The position numbers and the translations under genes are program-made. Shown piece after piece: positions 1 to 9,834 of a stretch of DNA of 64,000 bases; within the stretch, counting starts at the first letter, position 1; each line of letters starts with the position of its first letter. Origin of the DNA: Nitrospiraceae bacterium (GTDB lineage Bacteria; Nitrospirota; Thermodesulfovibrionia; Thermodesulfovibrionales; UBA1546). Location of the stretch: the NCBI GenBank assembly GCA_021373015.1, contig JAJFTJ010000014.1, positions 10,927-74,926 on the forward strand, written 5' to 3'. Below the pieces are notes generated by a model that was not told where the DNA came from, did no database searches, and saw only the letters and a list, made by a program, of their open reading frames with translations.

Positions 1-1
1 T

Positions 2-493
2 CGTCGAGTAGCGATTCTATGCTTGAATTGCCTTCGCAATATGGCGTTCTATATAGCGGGCTGGCAGGAGCATAAGCGAATATTCCATGGCAAGTTTTTG
101 TTGAACGCCAATGGAAACTTCTTGGATGTTTGCGTGCTGGAATGGTGCAAGTTGTTCGGTGATTCTCGCGCACCACATTACTGGGAAAAAGTTATATCGA
201 ATCCCGATAAATTCTTTGGTGGACTGTTAAAAGAATTGAGAATGAAGGAAATAGACCTGGATAACTATTTGAAGGAAGTACGGACTTATAGAGACAAATT
301 TATCGCACATCTCGATTCCAACGAGGTAATGCACATTCCTAAGCTTGATGTAATCAAAAACAGCGTGATGTACCTATACGGCTACCTTCTGCAAAATGAG
401 GACAAAGAAGATTTCTTTTCTGACGACCCACCGAACGCGACTACTTACTATAACCAATTGCTGGCGGAAGGCAAAAAGGCGTACGAACCTTAA
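2..493 (+). CDS. hypothetical protein with HEPN-like Rx5H motif; 5' end runs off the window
   Basis: Frame is open from nt 2 (no stop before the TTG at 23 used by the ORF track). Stop TAA at 491-493. R-DKFIA-H in ...TYRDKFIAHLD... fits the Rx4-6H HEPN signature. No other family recognised. Confidence 0.4.
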   Translation, partial: RRVAILCLNCLRNMAFYIAGWQEHKRIFHGKFLLNANGNFLDVCVLEWCKLFGDSRAPHYWEKVISNPDKFFGGLLKELRMKEIDLDNYLKEVRTYRDKFIAHLDSNEVMHIPKLDVIKNSVMYLYGYLLQNEDKEDFFSDDPPNATTYYNQLLAEGKKAYEP

Positions 494-717
494 ACAAGTG
501 ACATTGGAATAATGAATACAAAAATCAAAAATGGGGACAGGTACATTTTACTCGTTTAAAGAATTAAAGTGTTAAAAGCATCTAAGAAGATTGAGGAGAT
601 TCATGGGGAGATCGTTGGAATTGTAGAGAAGATTTTAAAGTAACTCTTTTTGCAATTATGGTATAGTATTGTTATAAATAAACAAACAATAGTTATTAAC
701 AGTTTGGTATCTATATT

Positions 718-1155
718 ATGAGCAATAATGTTCCAAAGCAGCATCAACATTGGTCGTGGATAATCGCGCTTTCAATCGCACTTGTGCTCATAGTGTGGTT
801 GTTCATTATAGGATACTCTCTAGGGCCAACGAAAAACCAAGAACTGCTCACTACTGCCATTCTGATCCTTTCACTCTCAATTGGTTGGGCGATAGGCACA
901 TTCTTATCACCTGATTCAGGACATGAAGCAAACAAGTTCAGTGATTTTGTTAAGGGGTTTTCGTTATTTGCATCCGGGTACCTTGTGTCAAAGGGAGACC
1001 GAGTAGTTGACTGGGTATTGAAGCCTGATATGCTCATGCAATCACAGGACCAAGTAATTCCTTTTAGACTCGTCGCTTCACTCGCTGTAGTGGTATTTAC
1101 CGCCTTGGCTACTTATTTTATAAGAATATATGGGTTAACTGTTGGAGACCGATAA
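718..1155 (+). CDS. small integral membrane protein, unknown function
   Basis: 145-aa ORF with 3-4 long hydrophobic segments (WSWIIALSIALVLIVWLFIIGY, LLTTAILILSLSIGWAIGTFL, FRLVASLAVVVFTALATYFIRIY). Upstream has TTGCAA (650-655), 17 nt, TATAAA (673-678). Confidence 0.55.
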   Translation: MSNNVPKQHQHWSWIIALSIALVLIVWLFIIGYSLGPTKNQELLTTAILILSLSIGWAIGTFLSPDSGHEANKFSDFVKGFSLFASGYLVSKGDRVVDWVLKPDMLMQSQDQVIPFRLVASLAVVVFTALATYFIRIYGLTVGDR

Positions 1156-1244
1156 CGAAGCGTACCCAATCAGGTACCACAGACAAAGATATTCTCCATC
1201 ATAACTCCCCATTTTTTCCCCTTAATATTTTAAAATAAACCGTT

Positions 1245-2294
1245 ATGAACACCAAAAAGAAACACACTGCAATAGCTCTTTATTCAGGCGGGCTTGACAG
1301 CACGCTTGCGATACTTGCAGTGCTGCGTCAGGGCATTGAGGTAACAGCAGTGAAATTTCTCACGCATTTTGGATGTGATGCATCGGACAAATCATCCTGC
1401 TCAAAAGATCCTTTTTCTGCTGGAGAAAAATTCGGATTTGAAATAAAACTTTCTCATCTTGCCGACAAATTCATTGATATTGTAAAAAATCCAAAACACG
1501 GGCATGGCAGGAACATGAACCCTTGCATTGACTGCAGGATACTAATGCTTAAAGAAGCAAAGGAATTCATGAAAATAACCAATGCGGATTTCATAATTAC
1601 AGGAGAGGTTGTTGGCCAGAGGCCCATGAGCCAGATGAAAAATACTTTATATAAAATCGACAAGGAAGCCGGGGTTAAAGGTCTCGTCTTAAGACCATTA
1701 AGCGCAAAAATACTTGAACCTACAATCCCTGAGATAAATGGGATTATTGAAAGAGAAAAACTTTATGATTTTAGCGGCCGTTCAAGAAAAAACCAGATCT
1801 CGCTTGCAAAAGAATTTGAACTTACAGACTATCCTATGCCTGCAGGCGGATGTCTGCTTACAGAGCCGAACTATTCTTTAAGATTAAGAGAACTTTTGAT
1901 GAATAATCCGAATCCAACACTGAATGATCTGCATCTTTTAAGAGTCGGCAGACATTTCAGATTATCGCCTTCATGCAAATTAATTGTAGGAAGAGATGAG
2001 AAAGACAATCTCAGCATAGAAAAGCTTGCAAAAGAAAATGATTATCTGCTCACTGTAGAAAATTTTGGAAGTCCGCTTGCGCTTCTTTCAGGAGAAGGAT
2101 GCGAGGAATTTGTTTCACTCTCGGCATCTATCTGCGCAAGATATTCAGATGCAAAGCATATTTCTGAAGTCGAAGTTTCTGTTGATCACAAAAAAAATAT
2201 TTCTAAGCTGATGATCGAGCCTTCAGAAAACCATGTTCTTGACCATTACAAAATAGAGCTTAAAAAAGAAAATTTTACATCTGTAAGCTCTTAA
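1245..2294 (+). CDS. PP-loop ATP pyrophosphatase, ThiI/MnmA-like tRNA sulfurtransferase family (exact function uncertain)
   Basis: N-terminal SGGLDS PP-loop. NPCIDCR and TGEVVGQRPMSQ resemble the ThiI/MnmA catalytic core. 349 aa. Confidence 0.65.
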   Translation: MNTKKKHTAIALYSGGLDSTLAILAVLRQGIEVTAVKFLTHFGCDASDKSSCSKDPFSAGEKFGFEIKLSHLADKFIDIVKNPKHGHGRNMNPCIDCRILMLKEAKEFMKITNADFIITGEVVGQRPMSQMKNTLYKIDKEAGVKGLVLRPLSAKILEPTIPEINGIIEREKLYDFSGRSRKNQISLAKEFELTDYPMPAGGCLLTEPNYSLRLRELLMNNPNPTLNDLHLLRVGRHFRLSPSCKLIVGRDEKDNLSIEKLAKENDYLLTVENFGSPLALLSGEGCEEFVSLSASICARYSDAKHISEVEVSVDHKKNISKLMIEPSENHVLDHYKIELKKENFTSVSS

Positions 2295-2372
2295 CTATCT
2301 AATTTAAAAAGCTTCTGTTTGACACTCGTCTGATATTGGAATATACTTCAGTTAACCGTAAGGAATATAATA

Positions 2373-2846
2373 ATGAGCAGGATTATCGCATATATTTCCC
2401 CAGTTGTTTTTTATCTGCTTGTTTCCATGCTTGGCAGCCGCTTCACTTCTCAAGGCATTCCTGTATGGTATGGTGCATTGGAAAAACCTTCTTTTACTCC
2501 TCCGGGATTTGTGATAGGAATAATATGGACAATAATATATATCCTTGCTGCAGTCTCGATGGCTTTGTTTATAACGGCCGCAAAAGAAAAGAGATTTTTC
2601 TGGCATATATTTCTACTGTATATTCTTAATGGAGCAATAAACGCTGCATGGAGCTGGATATTTTTTTCAAAGCATATGCTCGGGCTTGCTGTTCTGGATT
2701 CAGCTCTTATCGGGATTACGGTTTTGCTTATAATGATTTTTGTATGGAGTTATTCTAAGATATCTTCTCTGCTTCTTCTGCCGTATCTTCTATGGGTCTC
2801 GTTCGCAACATATCTTTCGTATCTCTTTTATAGATTGAATTTGTAA
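2373..2846 (+). CDS. tspO: TspO/MBR family tryptophan-rich sensory protein
   Basis: 157 aa, five hydrophobic helices, Trp-rich motifs (KPSFTPPGFVIGIIWTIIY, NAAWSWIFF). Confidence 0.8.
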   Translation: MSRIIAYISPVVFYLLVSMLGSRFTSQGIPVWYGALEKPSFTPPGFVIGIIWTIIYILAAVSMALFITAAKEKRFFWHIFLLYILNGAINAAWSWIFFSKHMLGLAVLDSALIGITVLLIMIFVWSYSKISSLLLLPYLLWVSFATYLSYLFYRLNL

Positions 2847-2854
2847 TAAAAAAT

Positions 2855-3697
2855 TCAGAGTCTCACAGAAACGCCTTTTGCCCTTAGATATTCTTTAGCC
2901 TGTTTTACAGTGTATTCTCTGTAATGAAAGATCGATGCGGCAAGAGCTGCATCTGCCTTTCCATTGATAAGACCATCATATAGATGTTCGAGTGTGCCGA
3001 CTCCGCCTGATGCGATCACAGGGATCGAAACAGACTCTGCAATTGTTCTTGTAAGTTCAATGTCATAACCGTCTTTTGTTCCGTCCCTGTCCATGCTCGT
3101 AAGCAAAATTTCTCCTGAACCCAATTCTTCCATTTTCTTTGCCCACTCAACAGCATTTATTCTGGTCATCTTTCTTCCACCGTGAGTGGATATCGCCCAT
3201 GTTAATTTTTCAGGCTTGATATCTTCAAGATAAACACTTTTCAGAGAAGGCTCTTTCATCCATGGTTCGTTATCAGTATAAATCATATCTTTTGTTGCCC
3301 GCTTTGCATCTATTGCAACAACAATGCACTGGCTGCCGAATTTTTCTGCTGCGCGGCTGACAAAGAAAGGGTCTTTCACTACAGCAGTATTTATGGAGAC
3401 CTTATCACAGCCTGATCTCAAAAGTTCCCTTATGTCTTCAAGCGATCTTATCCCTCCGCCGACTGTAAGCGGCATGAAAACTTCTTCTGCTGTTCTTCTT
3501 ACAACATCAAGGATTATATTTCTTTTTTCATGAGAAGCAGTTATATCGAGAAACACAAGCTCGTCAGCGCCCTGCTCATCATAGAATTTTGCATTCTCAA
3601 CAGGGTCTCCTGCATCCCTTATATTGACAAAGTTAACGCCTTTGACCACTCTTCCGTCTCTAACATCAAGACAGGGGATTATTCTCTTTGCAAGCAT
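2855..3697 (-). CDS. hisF: imidazole glycerol phosphate synthase cyclase subunit HisF
   Basis: [12 protein letters not shown]..., [27 protein letters not shown] motifs. About 25-aa internal insertion relative to typical 253-aa HisF. Confidence 0.93.
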   Translation of the reverse strand: MLAKRIIPCLDVRDGRVVKGVNFVNIRDAGDPVENAKFYDEQGADELVFLDITASHEKRNIILDVVRRTAEEVFMPLTVGGGIRSLEDIRELLRSGCDKVSINTAVVKDPFFVSRAAEKFGSQCIVVAIDAKRATKDMIYTDNEPWMKEPSLKSVYLEDIKPEKLTWAISTHGGRKMTRINAVEWAKKMEELGSGEILLTSMDRDGTKDGYDIELTRTIAESVSIPVIASGGVGTLEHLYDGLINGKADAALAASIFHYREYTVKQAKEYLRAKGVSVRL

Positions 3698-3703
3698 CTG
3701 CCA

Positions 3704-4120
3704 TTATCCTCTCATTTTTCTAAGAAGTTCTTTTTCTTTTAATCTCATCTTTCTCTCTGCATAAAGGCTTTTTTCATGGTCATATCCCGTTAAATGAAGA
3801 ATGCCGTGGACAATAAGCCATTTCATCTCATCCCAGAATGAACAATCATTCTCTTCAGCCTGTCTTGCTGCTGTTTCAGGACTTATAACAATATCGCCAA
3901 GGAATATCCTGTCATCTAACGGAAATGAAAGCACATCCGTTGTCTTGTTAATTTTGCGATATTTCTTATTCAATTTCTTCATCTTCCTGTCATCCACAAG
4001 CAAAATGCTGAGTTCAGACTTGTCCAGACCAAGAAGTTTCATGGCCTTTTTTGAACAGCTCATAATCTTAGGTTCGTTTATTTTTATTTTTTCTTGTTGG
4101 TTAGTGATAAGAATCTTCAT
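3704..4120 (-). CDS. ybeY: rRNA maturation endoribonuclease YbeY
   Basis: HGILHLTGYDH zinc motif (HxxxHxxxxxH). Start moved to the internal ATG (MKILITNQQ...), which overlaps the upstream gene end by 20 nt. The track start at 4210 lies inside the upstream gene. Confidence 0.88.
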   Translation of the reverse strand: MKILITNQQEKIKINEPKIMSCSKKAMKLLGLDKSELSILLVDDRKMKKLNKKYRKINKTTDVLSFPLDDRIFLGDIVISPETAARQAEENDCSFWDEMKWLIVHGILHLTGYDHEKSLYAERKMRLKEKELLRKMRG

Positions 4121-5585
4121 TGCTGCGCTTTGGGTTTCCTTTTGTCTTGGCAGTATTTTTATTAAAATCAAAACCCGGATAATCAACTCTCTTGTGCAGA
4201 ATTCCTGCAAGCGTATGTGTGAAACGGCTCTTTATTAAAGCAAGGTCCTTTAGTGTAAGATCGCATTCATCAAGCTGCCCTTCAAGAAGCATATGGTTTA
4301 TTATCTTCTCAACCAGCGCTGATATCTTTGCAGGCGTTGGTTCTATAATGACTCTCGATGCTGCTTCAACAGCATCAGCCATCATCACAAGCGCTGCAAC
4401 ACGCGTCTGAGGTTTGGGCCCGGGATATTTGTATTCATCAGCAGCAGAATCTTCTTCACCTTTAACATCTTTTGCCTTTTGATAAAAATAAGTCATCAGA
4501 CTTGTTCCGTGATGCTGCTGAATTATATCTATTATAGGTTCCGGAAGTTTATATTCTTTTCCAAGCTCAACTCCTTCTTTTACATGAGAGGTTATTATCA
4601 TGCTGCTCATGTGAGGTGTGAGATTGTCATGTTTATTTAAGGAAATTCCCTGATTCTCAATAAAATATTCCGGCATCTTGATCTTCCCTATATCGTGGTA
4701 ATATGCGCTTACTCTTGCAAGAAGAGGATTTACGCCAATCGCCTCTGCAGTGGAATCAACAAGATTTCCTACAATAACACTATGGTGATATGTGCCCGGA
4801 GCTTCGACCATCATACTTTTCATCAACGGCTGTTCAAGGTCAAGGAGTTCGAGAAGGCTGATATCAGTCGTAACCTTAAACATGTATTCAAAAATTGGGA
4901 GCATCACAGACACAATTGCTATTACACTTATCCCTGAAATTAATGCAAACCCTATCGAAGCTGCCGACATCTCTGTTAAAAAATTCCCAGACAGCAGCAT
5001 CAGTATGATTGCAGTGACAGCATTCACAACGCTTACATAAGCTCCGCCTTTTAAAATAGCTGTACGCCGTTTGCATCTTATAACGCTGAACGCAGCCGTC
5101 AGACTTCCAACAAAAGAATAGATAGGATAAACAGCATCATTAAGCCAGACACCGCTTAGAAGACTTACAATAAATGAAAAGAATATTGCTGTATGAAAAT
5201 CAAATAAGAGCGCAACAAGCATTGCACCTGCAGCGATTGGTATTCCGTAGACATAGCTTCCAGCAGGTATCGACTCAGAGCCTTTTGCCAGATTTTCGAG
5301 CACATAACCAAAAAATCTCCCAAACAGAAGAGTGATAACTATCATGATGCCAAGAAGAACGAGCATCCTGTAATTTTTTAAATACACAGGCTTATATCTC
5401 ATTATGTCCCTGTAGAAAATAACAAGAAGGATTCCTGTTATAAGTACGCCGCCCATGAGGTTTTCTAATCCGGCCTTGCCCTGAATCGCAATAGCAGCAA
5501 GAATACTGAATACGATCAGCAAAGAGTATTGCTTTACATCAATCTCTTTTTTGAATTCTTCTATTTTAGGAATCCCGTTTTTCAT
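4101..5585 (-). CDS. 7TM-HD membrane phosphohydrolase (PgpH/YqfF family), short form without the large extracytoplasmic domain
   Basis: Multiple TM helices followed by an HD domain (YYHDIGKIKMPEYF, HHGTS). Sits in the conserved phoH / 7TM-HD / ybeY context. Confidence 0.8.
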   Translation of the reverse strand: MKNGIPKIEEFKKEIDVKQYSLLIVFSILAAIAIQGKAGLENLMGGVLITGILLVIFYRDIMRYKPVYLKNYRMLVLLGIMIVITLLFGRFFGYVLENLAKGSESIPAGSYVYGIPIAAGAMLVALLFDFHTAIFFSFIVSLLSGVWLNDAVYPIYSFVGSLTAAFSVIRCKRRTAILKGGAYVSVVNAVTAIILMLLSGNFLTEMSAASIGFALISGISVIAIVSVMLPIFEYMFKVTTDISLLELLDLEQPLMKSMMVEAPGTYHHSVIVGNLVDSTAEAIGVNPLLARVSAYYHDIGKIKMPEYFIENQGISLNKHDNLTPHMSSMIITSHVKEGVELGKEYKLPEPIIDIIQQHHGTSLMTYFYQKAKDVKGEEDSAADEYKYPGPKPQTRVAALVMMADAVEAASRVIIEPTPAKISALVEKIINHMLLEGQLDECDLTLKDLALIKSRFTHTLAGILHKRVDYPGFDFNKNTAKTKGNPKRSNEDSYH

Positions 5586-6420
5586 ATTTTTCGTACGCCT
5601 TTACAATCTCCTGCACAAGCCTGTGCCTTACAACATCCTTTTCTGAAAAATATATTACTTTAATGTCCTCTATCTCACTGAGAACTTTATCCGCCTCTAT
5701 TAAACCAGAGGCCTTTCCCGAAGGAAGATCAATCTGTGTAATATCCCCTGTAATTACTGTTTTCGAATTAAACCCCAATCTTGTCAAGTACATCTTCATC
5801 TGCTCAGATGTGGTATTTTGCGCTTCATCAAGAATTATAAATGAATCATTCAATGTTCTTCCTCTCATAAATGCCAGAGGCGCGATCTCGATAATCCCGC
5901 GTTCAATAAACTTGCCTGCCTTGTCAGCATCAAGCATGTCAAACAGCGCATCATAAAGCGGTCTTAGATAAGGATTAACTTTTTCAAACATATCGCCTGG
6001 CAGGAAACCAAGTTTTTCTCCAGCTTCAACAGCCGGTCTTGCAAGCACAATCCTGCTTACCTGTTTTTTAAGAAGTGCGTTTATTGCCATAGCCATAGCA
6101 AGATATGTTTTCCCTGTTCCTGCTGGCCCGATTCCTATCACAATATCATATTTTTTTATTGCCTCTATATAATTGCGCTGGACTTCTGTTTTTGGGATTA
6201 TGAAACGCTTGCTTGAAGCTACAGGTATGTTGTTAAGAAAAAGATCCTTTACTGATGTCTTGTCTCCTTTGGCAATTGCCCTCAGGGCATAACGTATATC
6301 TTCCGGCTTCAGCTGATACCCTTCAGCGCTAACCTCGCGGAGCTCATTAATCATATTTTCTGCTTTTTTAGCATATTCAGAATTCCCCTTAATGAATATC
6401 TTGTTGCCTCTGAAGCTCAC
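5566..6420 (-). CDS. phoH: PhoH-like ATPase (YbeZ)
   Basis: Walker A GPAGTGKT, ILDEAQN, and operon context with ybeY. The listed start is GTG. PhoH-like sequence continues in frame upstream (see findings). Confidence 0.9.
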   Translation of the reverse strand: MSFRGNKIFIKGNSEYAKKAENMINELREVSAEGYQLKPEDIRYALRAIAKGDKTSVKDLFLNNIPVASSKRFIIPKTEVQRNYIEAIKKYDIVIGIGPAGTGKTYLAMAMAINALLKKQVSRIVLARPAVEAGEKLGFLPGDMFEKVNPYLRPLYDALFDMLDADKAGKFIERGIIEIAPLAFMRGRTLNDSFIILDEAQNTTSEQMKMYLTRLGFNSKTVITGDITQIDLPSGKASGLIEADKVLSEIEDIKVIYFSEKDVVRHRLVQEIVKAYEKYEKRDS

Positions 6421-6557
6421 TTCTATTCCAAAGGTTTCTTCTATCAGCTTTATATTCTTGTCAAGTCCGCTGTAGATGAAAGGAAATTCTTTTTCGCTGT
6501 CCAGTTCAATAGATAGTGTTACCGTATTTTCTCCTGTTTTACATAAACGCCTGTTTT

Positions 6558-7169
6558 TTATTTTCCTGCGTCTTTATTCTTTGAAGTGATAAATGGCTTG
6601 AAGCCTTCCTTCTTAAGTCTTGTTGCAAGAAATTCAGCCTCTTCCTTATCTTCAAAACTTCCTACTCTGACCTTATACAGCTTTATGTTTTTAGCTCCTG
6701 TCATCTTCTTTATATAAGCTTTATGTCCTTTTTTTTCAAGTTTCTTTTTGAGAATTTCTGCATCTTTCTGGTTCTTGAATGCTCCAGCCTGAACTGTATA
6801 TGAAGATGCGCTCTCTTCTGTGCTGCTGTCTTTCTTCTCCTGCTTTACTGTTTCAGAATTATTTTTTTTATCCTTGCCTTGAACAGGCTGCCTGGGTTCA
6901 GTTGTTTTCTCATTCTTAGCATCAGAAAGTATTATTGATGGATTTGTCTGTGCATTTGGCGCTGGTTGTTCTGCCTGTAATGGTTTTACTGCCTCTTCTT
7001 TTGCAGAAGCTGCTACAATCTGATACTTCTCCTGTTTGTCTTTTACATTTGTTTTGCCGACAAAATATCCAAGGGCAAAACTCACTGTACATGTGACAAT
7101 TACTATTACTATAACAATACTTTTGCCTGATGATTCTCTTGGGCTTTCATAGGAAGATCTGTCTCTCAT
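6558..7169 (-). CDS. SPOR domain-containing membrane protein
   Basis: N-terminal TM (IVIVIVIVTCTVSFALGYFVG), low-complexity linker and C-terminal SPOR-like repeat (YTVQAGAFKNQKDAEILKKKLEKKG...YKVRVGSFEDKEEAEFLATRLKKEGF). Start set to the ATG just after the queA stop. Confidence 0.7.
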   Translation of the reverse strand: MRDRSSYESPRESSGKSIVIVIVIVTCTVSFALGYFVGKTNVKDKQEKYQIVAASAKEEAVKPLQAEQPAPNAQTNPSIILSDAKNEKTTEPRQPVQGKDKKNNSETVKQEKKDSSTEESASSYTVQAGAFKNQKDAEILKKKLEKKGHKAYIKKMTGAKNIKLYKVRVGSFEDKEEAEFLATRLKKEGFKPFITSKNKDAGK

Positions 7170-7173
7170 AATT

Positions 7174-8238
7174 TTACAAAATAAGCATAGCATCACCATA
7201 TGAGAAAAATCTATATCTGCTTTTTACAGCACGCTCATAAGCCTCTTTGAGCCTGCTAAAACCGCAAAGCGCAGATGTGAGCATCAATGGTGTTGAGCGT
7301 GGAAGATGGAAATTTGTGATCAGGCTGTCAACAGCCCTGAATTTATACCCCGGATAAATAAATATATCAGTATATCCCTTGACAGTTTTTGAGTTTTTGT
7401 TTTTTATCCGGCTGCCTTCCTTATTTTCACCAGATCTGCAGTATCCGCTAAGACAGCCTTCAATAGCGCGCGTTGTTGTTGTGCCTGAAGATATGATTTT
7501 TTTCCCTGATCCCTTTGTATTATTGATCTCATTTAATAATTCTGTTTCAATCTCAAAATATTCCTGATCCATCTTATGTTCGTAAACTTTTTCTGTTTTT
7601 ATGGGTTTGAATGTTCCGATGCCGATATGAAGCGTCAAATATTTTATTTTTACTCCTTTGCCCTCGATCTTTTTGATAAGCTCCTGCGTAAAATGCATTC
7701 CCGCGGTCGGAGCAGCAATAGAGCCCAGTTCTTTTGCATAAACTGTCTGGTACCATTCCCTATCCCTTGCCTCCGGCTTTCGTTTTATATAAGGAGGCAA
7801 TGGCATTTCTCCATATTTTGATAAATTCTCGATAAAAGCGCCGTTATATTTGAATCTGACTTTCTCGCCGTCAGTGATCTCTGCTGAAAATCCGTCTGCA
7901 ATTGCTAATTCCCCTGTATACTTTTTCCTTGAAAGCACGCTCCATTCATCTTTTGCAATCTCGTTTACCAAAAGAAAGCCTATCTTTCCTCCTGTTGGTT
8001 TTGTTCCAGTGAGTTTTGCAGGAAAGACTTTTGTGTTGTTAAGCAGAAGCATATCGCCTTCATTAAGATATTCGTGGATATCATGAAATTGCCTTTCCTC
8101 TATTCCTCCGTCTTTATGAAGCACCATAAGTCTGGCCTCATCTCTTTTTTCTGACGGGGTTAACGCTATGAGTTCTTCAGGCAGGCTAAAGTCAAAATCA
8201 GCGACTTTCAGGACGTTAATATTATTTATGTCCTTCAT
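7174..8238 (-). CDS. queA: S-adenosylmethionine:tRNA ribosyltransferase-isomerase QueA
   Basis: DFDFSLPEELIA...RDEARLMVL N-terminus, PLPPYIKR, AAPTAGMHFT, TTTRAIE, LITNFHLPRSTPLML motifs. Confidence 0.92.
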   Translation of the reverse strand: MKDINNINVLKVADFDFSLPEELIALTPSEKRDEARLMVLHKDGGIEERQFHDIHEYLNEGDMLLLNNTKVFPAKLTGTKPTGGKIGFLLVNEIAKDEWSVLSRKKYTGELAIADGFSAEITDGEKVRFKYNGAFIENLSKYGEMPLPPYIKRKPEARDREWYQTVYAKELGSIAAPTAGMHFTQELIKKIEGKGVKIKYLTLHIGIGTFKPIKTEKVYEHKMDQEYFEIETELLNEINNTKGSGKKIISSGTTTTRAIEGCLSGYCRSGENKEGSRIKNKNSKTVKGYTDIFIYPGYKFRAVDSLITNFHLPRSTPLMLTSALCGFSRLKEAYERAVKSRYRFFSYGDAMLIL

Positions 8239-9232
8239 GAATTCTTATTTTTGTTCCTGGATAAAAATAGGCTAGAATATCTTTGTAATTCATTCCTTTG
8301 CCTGCCATCTCAAGAGCGCTCCACTGGCAAAGTCCGACACCGTGACCATATCCCTTGCCTTCAAAAAAAACAGAGCCGTTCTCTTTGGATATTGTAAAAC
8401 TTGTGCTTGGCAGTCTCTGCCAGCCAAGCAGTCTCCTTAATTCTGTCGCCTTAATCGTTGTTTTGCCTGTCTCAGTGATTATCTCCAATTCATTCACTCT
8501 CCCTGTTGATGTGAATGTTTTTATAATAATGTCTTTAATGCTCTGCACATTGCATGCTTTTTCTATCTCAGCAGCAGGGATTCTTCTATCCCATAATTTA
8601 TATGGTGATGTCTCACAAACAGGCTCTACTGACTTTAAAAATGGAAAACTTTTACCAAAGACCTCATCAGGAAGTTCAGTCTTTCCTCCGCATGTTGAAT
8701 GATAAAATGCCTCAATGATCTTTCCTTCATATGTGAGAACCTCGCCTGCGGTTTTTTCAACTGCAGTGGCTATTGCAGGATCAAAAATATCACCCTTATA
8801 AACCTGATGCAGAACTGAAGATGTTATATGATAAAGAGACTTGCCATTGGCATTCTTGTGATATAAAGCATACGTCCTTGAAACAACTGCCTGTGCCTTT
8901 AAAGCCTCAACCTCCCATTTGCTGCCAACCTCTGCAAAAACAACATCCTTGACATAATCCTCAAATGGTATTTCAGCAATAACATAAAGACCGTTTGTCC
9001 CCTGCCAAACCTCTATATCCCCCTTATAATGAATCCCGTTAGCAAGCAGTTCACCTTTTTGTTTTTCACCGATCTTTTCAAGATACTCGTTTTTTTCAGG
9101 TATCTTGTTGAAACTCTCTTCAAGTATCAGCACCCTTATTGTTTCAGCATATGCATTGAACAAAAAAGAGAAGATAAAAAATATCGCTGCTATAAAGACT
9201 GCATATTTTTTACAGCTGCTATTCTCTGACAT
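8222..9232 (-). CDS. SpoIID/LytB domain protein (secreted)
   Basis: Signal peptide from the internal ATG (MSENSSCKKYAVFIAAIFFIFSFLFNAYA). SpoIID-type core (EALKAQAVVSRTYAL, FYHSTCGGKTE, GYGHGVGLCQWSA). The track start at 9400 lies inside queH. Confidence 0.8.
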   Translation of the reverse strand: MSENSSCKKYAVFIAAIFFIFSFLFNAYAETIRVLILEESFNKIPEKNEYLEKIGEKQKGELLANGIHYKGDIEVWQGTNGLYVIAEIPFEDYVKDVVFAEVGSKWEVEALKAQAVVSRTYALYHKNANGKSLYHITSSVLHQVYKGDIFDPAIATAVEKTAGEVLTYEGKIIEAFYHSTCGGKTELPDEVFGKSFPFLKSVEPVCETSPYKLWDRRIPAAEIEKACNVQSIKDIIIKTFTSTGRVNELEIITETGKTTIKATELRRLLGWQRLPSTSFTISKENGSVFFEGKGYGHGVGLCQWSALEMAGKGMNYKDILAYFYPGTKIRIHEGHK

Positions 9233-9767
9233 TATTCTTTTTCCCCATGTATCTTTCTTCCTCTGAGAAGATGCAGCCGCAGTATTTCTGTCTGTAAAGA
9301 CCAAGTTCTTTCGAAAGTTCAACGCCTTTTTTATACCCTGGCCTGAAATCCTGCATAAAGAATTCAACAGAATATTTATCCTGCATTCTTTTTCCGACAT
9401 CGACTATTATGTCGAATTTCTGGTATGGGCTGACGAGCATGGAAGTTGTGAATCCGTCCATATTCATCTCTCTTGCTTTCTTTGCTGTCTCCTCAAGTCT
9501 CATCCTGTAACATTTCTCGCATCTGTTCTCGATATCACTGGAAGTCACTTTCAGAAAATCTCTCAGTCCATAATTATCCACAAATTCGATCTCAAGCCCC
9601 CACATTCTGCTTAAATTTTTTACTGCATCAAGCCTAAGTGTATATTCAGTGTGCGGGTGTATATTGGGGTTAAACCACAAGCCTTTCACAAATATTCCTT
9701 CAGAAGCCAGTTTCCTGACTGGGTACAGACTGCAGTTTGCACAGCAGATATGCATCAAAAGCTTCAT
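9219..9767 (-). CDS. queH: epoxyqueuosine reductase QueH (DUF208 family)
   Basis: 182 aa. N-terminal HICCANCS and C-terminal YRQKYCGCIFSEEERY, typical of QueH/DUF208. Confidence 0.85.
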   Translation of the reverse strand: MKLLMHICCANCSLYPVRKLASEGIFVKGLWFNPNIHPHTEYTLRLDAVKNLSRMWGLEIEFVDNYGLRDFLKVTSSDIENRCEKCYRMRLEETAKKAREMNMDGFTTSMLVSPYQKFDIIVDVGKRMQDKYSVEFFMQDFRPGYKKGVELSKELGLYRQKYCGCIFSEEERYMGKKNNVRE

Positions 9768-9834
9768 AGTTTATTATAAATCATTTGAAGGGATTGCCAC
9801 ATCAGAATCACCTTAAGGGGAATATTGAATTACC

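Noticed and set aside
569-643. 24-aa GTG-initiated mini-ORF (VLKASKKIEEIHGEIVGIVEKILK) and 14-15-aa ATG mini-ORFs in the 494-717 spacer; possible antitoxin or remnant.
   Set aside because: No RBS, bounded by a stop 4 codons upstream, and too short to evaluate. Treated as non-coding spacer or promoter region.
8222-9400. Long N-terminal extensions given by the longest-ORF track (SpoIID-like to 9400, ybeY to 4210, SPOR to 7199, DUF3365 sensor from 17126, kinase from 18133, hydrogenase beta from 31102 and gamma from 32109, queC from 54637, HNH from 45513, DUF4912 to 62931).
   Set aside because: The extensions run into the preceding gene and have no family similarity. An internal ATG with an RBS or signal peptide sits right after the upstream stop, so starts were trimmed accordingly.
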